DNA from: an uncultured virus (IMG/VR IMGVR_UViG_3300015607_005478)
Taxonomy: Duplodnaviria; Heunggongvirae; Uroviricota; Caudoviricetes
Strand: one strand, 5' to 3'
DNA: 64,000 bases
Virus record (IMG/VR): IMGVR_UViG_3300015607_005478
Translations under genes and position numbers: made by a program
Part shown: positions 58,489-64,000 of the stretch, piece after piece
Layout of the letters: every line of letters begins with the position of its first letter
Numbering within the stretch: position 1 is the first letter of the stretch
Notes under the pieces: model-generated
Databases searched by the model: none
What the model saw: only the letters and a program-made list of their open reading frames with translations
What the model was told of the DNA's origin: nothing

Positions 58489-58995
58489 TTGGTGGATTGG
58501 AGCAAAGCAATAGAGGTCGCTGTCACCGCGGGTGGTAGCGGCCTCGCCTCATTCGGTGGTGCGTTCCTCCGCTTCAAGCAGCGCCTGAAGGACGCAGAGG
58601 ACTTCGCAAAGGAAGCGAAGGCGCTCGCGACTGCAGCCATAGAAGGGAATCGTGCGCTCAAGACCGAGCTCGATAACTTCGTGCGCATGACGGAGTCGAA
58701 TCTCCGCGGTTGGCGTCTGGAGTTCGATGGGTTCAAGGAGGACTACGCACGTGATGAGCGGCACCGACATGAGCTCGAGGAGGCGCGCGCAGAGGCGCGG
58801 CAGAGCCGGCCTGACCCAGTTGAGGCATTTCGGCACGAGCTCGCCGACCTAAAACGGCAGCTCGAGCGCCTGCGCGAAAGGCAGGGGACTTATGTTCGGA
58901 ACGAAACGTTCGTCGAACACACCCGCGGGCAGGAGCAACAATGGAAAGAAATCCAAAGGACCCTCGGCCGCCTCGAGGCACTCGCCAAACTGTAG
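58489..58995 (+). CDS. N-terminal hydrophobic segment plus coiled coil (holin-like?)
   Basis: TGnTACAAT promoter-like site, GGAGG SD; topology only. Confidence 0.5.
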   Translation: MVDWSKAIEVAVTAGGSGLASFGGAFLRFKQRLKDAEDFAKEAKALATAAIEGNRALKTELDNFVRMTESNLRGWRLEFDGFKEDYARDERHRHELEEARAEARQSRPDPVEAFRHELADLKRQLERLRERQGTYVRNETFVEHTRGQEQQWKEIQRTLGRLEALAKL

Positions 58996-59003
58996 GACAA
59001 ACC

Positions 59004-59171
59004 ATGTCGACCACCATCGAAGACCAAGACGAAGAAGTTACATCGCCTGGCGTCGAAGACCCGAAGCTACGCGCGGCGCTCGACTCTCTTCGGCGGACAC
59101 AACAAGTCACGCGGAGCCATGCTTCTAATATTGAAGCCCTGCTGGTAAAAAAGAAGACACCTCTTCCATGA
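59004..59171 (+). CDS. Small hypothetical protein
   Basis: AGGA SD; ATGA overlap with next gene. Confidence 0.5.
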   Translation: MSTTIEDQDEEVTSPGVEDPKLRAALDSLRRTQQVTRSHASNIEALLVKKKTPLP

Positions 59172-59884
59172 CCTCCACCCCGAACGCCGCTCTCATGCAG
59201 CACTACGGCACCGAGTCCGTCTTTCTCGAGAAGAAGGCCGGTGCCGCATCGCTGCTCGAGCGTTTGGCGGGCGGGGCTATGGGTGTCGGCTTGTGGCACC
59301 ACAACGCGCAGTCCTTGGCCAAGCAGCAACAGCAGGCCGAGCAGATGAATGAAATGCTGCGGGAGCTCGAACTTGCGCGTGTCGATCAGGCGGGACAGAC
59401 ACTTCGTTTCACACCCGTTCCGCGCTTCGCCCCGTCGTTCGTGCCCCCTGGTTGGGACCAGGGCATGGTACGTCTCGCCTCGGTCGCGGCGCAGGCCGGC
59501 GCCGACATGGCGAAGGAGGCAGGCCTCGGTGGCTTCTCCGACTTCATGAAGTCGATGGCGCCAGCGCTCAAGGGCGCGGGCCAGAAGCTCACGAGCGCGT
59601 TCAATACCGCTGCCCCGCAGCTCGGTCAGGCGAGCTCGGGCCTCCTGTCGAAGGGTAAGGAGATGTTGGGGGGCAGACTCGGTCTGGGCTTGAAGGGAAA
59701 CCTCGCCCTTGCCGGTATCGCCGCCGGAGGCCTCGCTCTCGGGAGCAAGGGCATCCAAAAAGCGACTCAGACCATGGGCGAAGAGGCAGGTGGTCCTGCT
59801 GTCTATGGTGCTGGGCGACACGGCTATCAGCTGTCCTATGGTGTGAACCAGTACGGCCAGCCCCAACTCGGAACACCTCTGTAG
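59168..59884 (+). CDS. Gly-rich virion protein with K-x-A motifs
   Basis: N-terminus (HYGTESVFLEKKAG) resembles that of 40804 (HYGTNKTAA). Confidence 0.6.
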   Translation: MTSTPNAALMQHYGTESVFLEKKAGAASLLERLAGGAMGVGLWHHNAQSLAKQQQQAEQMNEMLRELELARVDQAGQTLRFTPVPRFAPSFVPPGWDQGMVRLASVAAQAGADMAKEAGLGGFSDFMKSMAPALKGAGQKLTSAFNTAAPQLGQASSGLLSKGKEMLGGRLGLGLKGNLALAGIAAGGLALGSKGIQKATQTMGEEAGGPAVYGAGRHGYQLSYGVNQYGQPQLGTPL

Positions 59885-59893
59885 GAGAAGAAC

Positions 59894-60571
59894 ATGAGCA
59901 CCATCGTCGGTTCTGGCATTTTTGCGAAGCAGCTTCCGGACGTTCCTCACCTCAACACGGGCGAGATTGCGGACCTTCGGAGGGATGTTAGGGGCGTTCT
60001 CGCCCCGCTCGCCTCCATGTGCGTCGTCGAATACACGGACCCCGCGGCCGCCGCGCCGGCAGGTCTTCGCGTGGCCACGGCGACTGTCGCTGCACCGGTG
60101 ACGGTGACGAGCTTCCTCGCTCCGGGCCTGGCTGCCCTTCTTGCGGATGGACGCAACGTCACGTTCACGACGGCGGGTGGTACCGCGGCTGACGCGCCGG
60201 CCACGGCGACCATCACGGGCACGGACATGGACGACAAACCCCAGACCGAGACGGTGAACCTCGCGCAGACCGCCACCATCGCGAACGGCGTGAAGATCTT
60301 CAAGACGATCTCGAAGATCGACTTCCCGGCGGCGGACGGCACAGGTGCGACCATCGCCATTGGCTTTGGCCTGTCGCTCGGTCTCCCGCTTCCGATGAAG
60401 TCGCGCGCGGGTCTCGCAGGCATCATTCGCGAGATCGCGGCCGGCGCGGTTGTCACGAACGGCGTCGTCAGCGCGACGAATCGCTCGTACACGCCGAACA
60501 CCGCGCCGAACGGTTCGAACGACTACGCGATCTACTACGAGTACGACGCGTCGGTCATCAAGGACCAGTAA
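59894..60571 (+). CDS. Thr/Ala-rich structural (decoration-like) protein
   Basis: AGGAG SD; beta-rich; followed by terminator. Confidence 0.6.
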   Translation: MSTIVGSGIFAKQLPDVPHLNTGEIADLRRDVRGVLAPLASMCVVEYTDPAAAAPAGLRVATATVAAPVTVTSFLAPGLAALLADGRNVTFTTAGGTAADAPATATITGTDMDDKPQTETVNLAQTATIANGVKIFKTISKIDFPAADGTGATIAIGFGLSLGLPLPMKSRAGLAGIIREIAAGAVVTNGVVSATNRSYTPNTAPNGSNDYAIYYEYDASVIKDQ

Positions 60572-60589
60572 GTCGCGCCGCAGCGGATG

Positions 60590-60626
60590 AGGGCCGCGCT
60601 CACTCGGTGGGTGCGGCCTTCTTTTT
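60590..60626 (+). terminator. Intrinsic terminator
   Basis: AGGGCCGCGCTCAC-TCG-GTGGGTGCGGCCTT then CTTTTT. Confidence 0.8.
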
Positions 60627-60641
60627 GCGTGTTGCTCGGCC

Positions 60642-60977
60642 ATGAAATCGATACCTCCGCAAGACATCCAGCAAACCGACAACAACCGGTTCGAGCTCCG
60701 CGACGCTCCAGGTCCCGGCGGCAACGTCATCGACAAGTTCGCCACACGTGAGGCCGCAGATCGAGCGCTCGCAGAGAACCAAAAGAAGAACCCTGGCATC
60801 GAGTACATCATCGCCGACATGGGCGCGCGGGCCGCGCCGACTGCGGCGGACCAGCACGCAGAAAACGGCAAGACCGCCGAGCAGAAGCAGCAGGAAGAAG
60901 ATCAGAAGAAGGCAAACGCGCCGGATCCGAACCGCCGCTCAGTCGAGACGCCGCGCAGTCAGGACGCCCACCAGTAA
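60642..60977 (+). CDS. Hypothetical protein
   Basis: Protein-like ORF. Confidence 0.55.
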   Translation: MKSIPPQDIQQTDNNRFELRDAPGPGGNVIDKFATREAADRALAENQKKNPGIEYIIADMGARAAPTAADQHAENGKTAEQKQQEEDQKKANAPDPNRRSVETPRSQDAHQ

Positions 60978-61501
60978 GGCGTCATCGCGCCGCCGGGCAT
61001 TTCGACCTGAGGCTCGCGCCCATCACGGAGCTCGTCCTCACTCATCATGAGGACGGGCTTCTGTACTTTTGGCGGAGGGGGCTTCACAGGCTGTGCCTTC
61101 GGCTTCGGTCGGCGCACGGCGGTGAAGCTCATGACGGCCTGCGTGAGCATCTGCCCATCGCTCCGCTCGAGTGCCTTCACGTTCTTCTGCTCTGAGGCGA
61201 GCTCTTCGAGAAGCGCCCGCTCTTGCGGGGAATAGCGCTCAGGATCGCGCTGCGCGTCTTGGACCAGAACGTCGAGATTGCCGCCCAAGATACCGTCGAA
61301 GACGGTTGGCTCATTCAGCGGCTTGGTCTCGGTCAGCTGGACGAGCGGATGTAGCTTCTCCCCCGATGCGTGTTGAAGCAGCTGCTCCACCGTTGGAAAT
61401 TCGAGGGGCGCGTATACCTCTGGAGCGATGGGCGCGCGGAAGTCCGGTACGGACGCTGTGGGATCGAAGGGCGCCTTCGACGAAGAGTCGTTCCGCTTCA
61501 T
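60959..61501 (-). CDS. Hypothetical protein
   Basis: GGAGG SD before ATG 61501. Confidence 0.55.
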   Translation of the reverse strand: MKRNDSSSKAPFDPTASVPDFRAPIAPEVYAPLEFPTVEQLLQHASGEKLHPLVQLTETKPLNEPTVFDGILGGNLDVLVQDAQRDPERYSPQERALLEELASEQKNVKALERSDGQMLTQAVMSFTAVRRPKPKAQPVKPPPPKVQKPVLMMSEDELRDGREPQVEMPGGAMTPYWWAS

Positions 61502-61709
61502 CAGTGATGGCCTCCAGAATGTCTTCTGCATGCTCGACGACGTAGGCAGTGATGATGGCGCCGGCGATCTCGCTCTGAGTCACCGGCGCCTTGTGCAGTT
61601 CCCGCTCTTTCTTCTTCACGAGTGCGACGAGCGCATCGAGAAGAATAGCGGCGTCTCCCTCGAGCTTGAGAGACACCTGACGAACGGGCGGGTTCTGCTT
61701 GCTTCGCAT
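61311..61709 (-). CDS. Possible ribbon-helix-helix-like DNA-binding protein
   Basis: VRQVSLKL strand followed by helices. Confidence 0.4.
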   Translation of the reverse strand: MRSKQNPPVRQVSLKLEGDAAILLDALVALVKKKERELHKAPVTQSEIAGAIITAYVVEHAEDILEAITDEAERLFVEGALRSHSVRTGLPRAHRSRGIRAPRISNGGAAASTRIGGEATSARPADRDQAAE

Positions 61710-62492
61710 CTAGAAAAGAAGGCGGTCCATGCGCGTGAGCATGTGCAGGTCCCGTGTCCCCGTCCAGCCCATGTAATCGTCGTCGATGAGGAGATGGCCG
61801 TCATCGCCGTAGGCCTCGCCCCAGGAGTTGCGGATACGCCAGCAGCGTTTGCCGTTGATGTAGCGGATGCCGACAATAGCGAGCGCGTGGCCGCCGATGT
61901 TGCCCGTGGGGATGGAAAGAACGTCGCCCGCCTTGTAGTTCTGAATCGACGAGTCCACCGTCGTGCCGAACATGACCGGGTGGTTCGAGCGGATGGCCAC
62001 ATCGAGCTGGTCGAGGCGATCTCGGCCTGTGCCTTGGATGTCGAACCAGGCCGTCGCCTTGTTATCGCTCGCCTCGGGGTAACACTCCGGCGGAATCCCG
62101 CCATACATGTTCGCCGTGACGTACGGGAAGGTCGCCTCGGTGCAGATGCCGATCTTTCCGACGCGCTCGGCTGCGAGGTACGGGTACGTGCCAGAGTCCT
62201 GTCCCTCGGTGTGCATCGCCAGACGGCAGAGGCGATAGAGGAACATGCGTGAGAGCATCGTGGTCTTGTCGCCCTGGAGCTCGAGGACGATGTTCATCAC
62301 GCCTGTCAGTGCGTTCGCTACGCACGAGCCCCACATCCCCTGGTCGTAGACCGGAAGCTTCGTGGGGATGTCGTAGTCGCCGATGGAGCTCGCCGCCCGC
62401 GCGGAGAACACGCCCATCACGCCTTCGAAGGCGCGACGCTTGTAGCCCTCGGGGAGCTCTTCGGGATCTGGGTGCCAACCGGCGAGCGTCAT
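61710..62492 (-). CDS. Papain-like C1 cysteine peptidase
   Basis: DQGMWGSCVANA, GGHA, IRNSWG. Confidence 0.9.
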   Translation of the reverse strand: MTLAGWHPDPEELPEGYKRRAFEGVMGVFSARAASSIGDYDIPTKLPVYDQGMWGSCVANALTGVMNIVLELQGDKTTMLSRMFLYRLCRLAMHTEGQDSGTYPYLAAERVGKIGICTEATFPYVTANMYGGIPPECYPEASDNKATAWFDIQGTGRDRLDQLDVAIRSNHPVMFGTTVDSSIQNYKAGDVLSIPTGNIGGHALAIVGIRYINGKRCWRIRNSWGEAYGDDGHLLIDDDYMGWTGTRDLHMLTRMDRLLF

Positions 62493-62788
62493 GACCGACA
62501 TTGTGAAACTCCTACGCAGTCGACCGCGCGCGTAATGCATTCGGTCTTCATGTCGACGCCGTTGTTGATGTTCTCGTGGCAGATGTCTCGCCACGGTTTG
62601 TCGTGCATGTTGGGGCCGCCAATGAGGCGACCACGGCGATCCTTGCATTCGAGATCCAGCAAGCGCTTCTCAGCGGTCTCGCAGGACTCGCCACCAGGAG
62701 CCGGTGGAGGAGGTGGCGGCTTCGGCTCAGGTGTTGCCGGGCAGCCTAGAAGAACAGCAGGTAGAACGAGCAGCAGGAGCTTGCGCAT
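62489..62788 (-). CDS. Cys-rich lipoprotein
   Basis: MRKLLLLVLPAVLLG-C lipobox; poly-Pro linker; six further Cys. Confidence 0.8.
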   Translation of the reverse strand: MRKLLLLVLPAVLLGCPATPEPKPPPPPPAPGGESCETAEKRLLDLECKDRRGRLIGGPNMHDKPWRDICHENINNGVDMKTECITRAVDCVGVSQCRS

Positions 62789-62870
62789 GCTCGAGATTCT
62801 ACAGACTCGTTGTTCTTCCGCTAGATCGGGAATAACAACCGAGGGGCCCCTTACTACTACTGGAGGTGTT

Positions 62871-63083
62871 ATGCGAGAGGTTGTTGCAGGGTTCGGTCTT
62901 GCCGCACCCTGTGTTCTTTTTGCGGCCTTATTTTCAGGGCCTGGCTCCGTTCGTTTGTTTCTTGTAGTGGCTGGCCTTCTCTGCCTTGTGAGCTGGTTGA
63001 CTTCCGAGAGCAGGGTAGTACTTCTTCTATTTCCGCCAATTCAATCGCCCGAAAAGGGCCAAGGCAAACGGAGACGACGATGA
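62871..63083 (+). CDS. Small membrane protein
   Basis: GGAGG SD; two hydrophobic stretches. Confidence 0.45.
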   Translation: MREVVAGFGLAAPCVLFAALFSGPGSVRLFLVVAGLLCLVSWLTSESRVVLLLFPPIQSPEKGQGKRRRR

Positions 63084-63874
63084 ATTACGCAAAGCTCACG
63101 GTCGATGGCTTCAAGGCCCGACTCGAGGCTGGTGACTACCAGGGCCTGACGGGAGCGCGCCGTGCGATCGGCAAGGTGCAAGGATGGACCGAGAAGGATC
63201 GCAACGCCGCGCGGAAGCTCGCCGATGAGTACTTCGCGAAGCAAGGCGATGGCGGCAAGGGCCTGCCGAAGAAGGCCGCCTCCTCGAAGCCGATTCCGAA
63301 GAAGGCCGCGGCCAAGAAACCCGCGGCCGCGAAGCCGGCACCGGCCGCCCCGGAACCGAAGCCCGCTCCGAAGAAAGCTGCTCCGAAGAAAGCGGCATCT
63401 TCTCGTACAGCCGCGCCGGCAGAGACTCCCCGCGCCACCGAGCGCGCGCCGCAGATCACGCCGGCCGCCATTCAACCGGCACCGGCCGCCTATGAAGACG
63501 GCGTTCGCGCGAACGCAGCAGCGACGGTCATTCAGGTGATGCGCGGTACGGGTCCGCTCTCGCCGCTCGAGCAACGCACGTATCACGTTGCGATGGAGGA
63601 GTTCTTCCTCAGCGCGCGCGAGGCTGCGCGGCGCGCCGTCGAGGTGGCGAACAACGGGGTGCCTGTCGTGACGACGCCTCCGACGCACATCGCGCAGCCC
63701 GAACATGTCGTCGCGCCGATCGGTAGCGTTCCGCGTATCCCGCTTCAGACGCAGCCGAATGGTACCGCTGAGGGCCTCACGCCCGAGCAGCAACAGCAGT
63801 TCGAGCGCCTCAAGCAGGGCGCGGTTGCCGTTCCGGCCATTCTCGGCACCACGCCTCCGGACACGCAGTCCTAA
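63080..63874 (+). CDS. Protein with histone-H1-like PKKAA repeats
   Basis: Four PKKAA repeats in a K/A/P-rich linker. Confidence 0.65.
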   Translation: MNYAKLTVDGFKARLEAGDYQGLTGARRAIGKVQGWTEKDRNAARKLADEYFAKQGDGGKGLPKKAASSKPIPKKAAAKKPAAAKPAPAAPEPKPAPKKAAPKKAASSRTAAPAETPRATERAPQITPAAIQPAPAAYEDGVRANAAATVIQVMRGTGPLSPLEQRTYHVAMEEFFLSAREAARRAVEVANNGVPVVTTPPTHIAQPEHVVAPIGSVPRIPLQTQPNGTAEGLTPEQQQQFERLKQGAVAVPAILGTTPPDTQS

Positions 63875-64000
63875 TTACGAGCAGGCTTCCACAGGAGACC
63901 AACGCACTCCGCGTTGTCCTGTACGGCCGGTTCACAGCAGACGGTCACGTCTCCATGGCGCTCGAGTCTCATTACCCAGGCTCGGGCGCCGTGGCGCGTT

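Overview
This window is part of a large, GC-rich tailed-phage (myovirus-type) genome, not a bacterial chromosome. It holds: a recombination/repair block (RecA/UvsX, Hjc-like and RusA resolvases, solo Cas4-like nuclease, UDG, SF2 helicase); a MoxR AAA+/VWA pair; a 2146-aa single-chain beta-beta' RNA polymerase abutting baseplate genes; portal, GpA-like terminase, prohead protease, scaffold-like proteins, major capsid, neck, sheath and tube; five free-standing HNH-type endonucleases; and a lipoprotein/papain-like peptidase pair. The most striking unannotated signals cluster at 5451-6195: a G_GGA_AAA -1 frameshift site with a downstream stem, a ~320-nt densely structured non-coding RNA candidate, and a second ~125-nt five-way-junction RNA with its own promoter and terminator. 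Other signals are a pervasive K-x-A motif in head proteins (candidate maturation-cleavage code), leaderless TANNNT promoters, a separate GRNATAASRA motif at non-structural operons, a 29-bp inverted repeat around an orphan gene, and an apparent AUA start for the tail tube. All calls come from reading motifs and base-pairing by eye; no database searches or folding programs were run.
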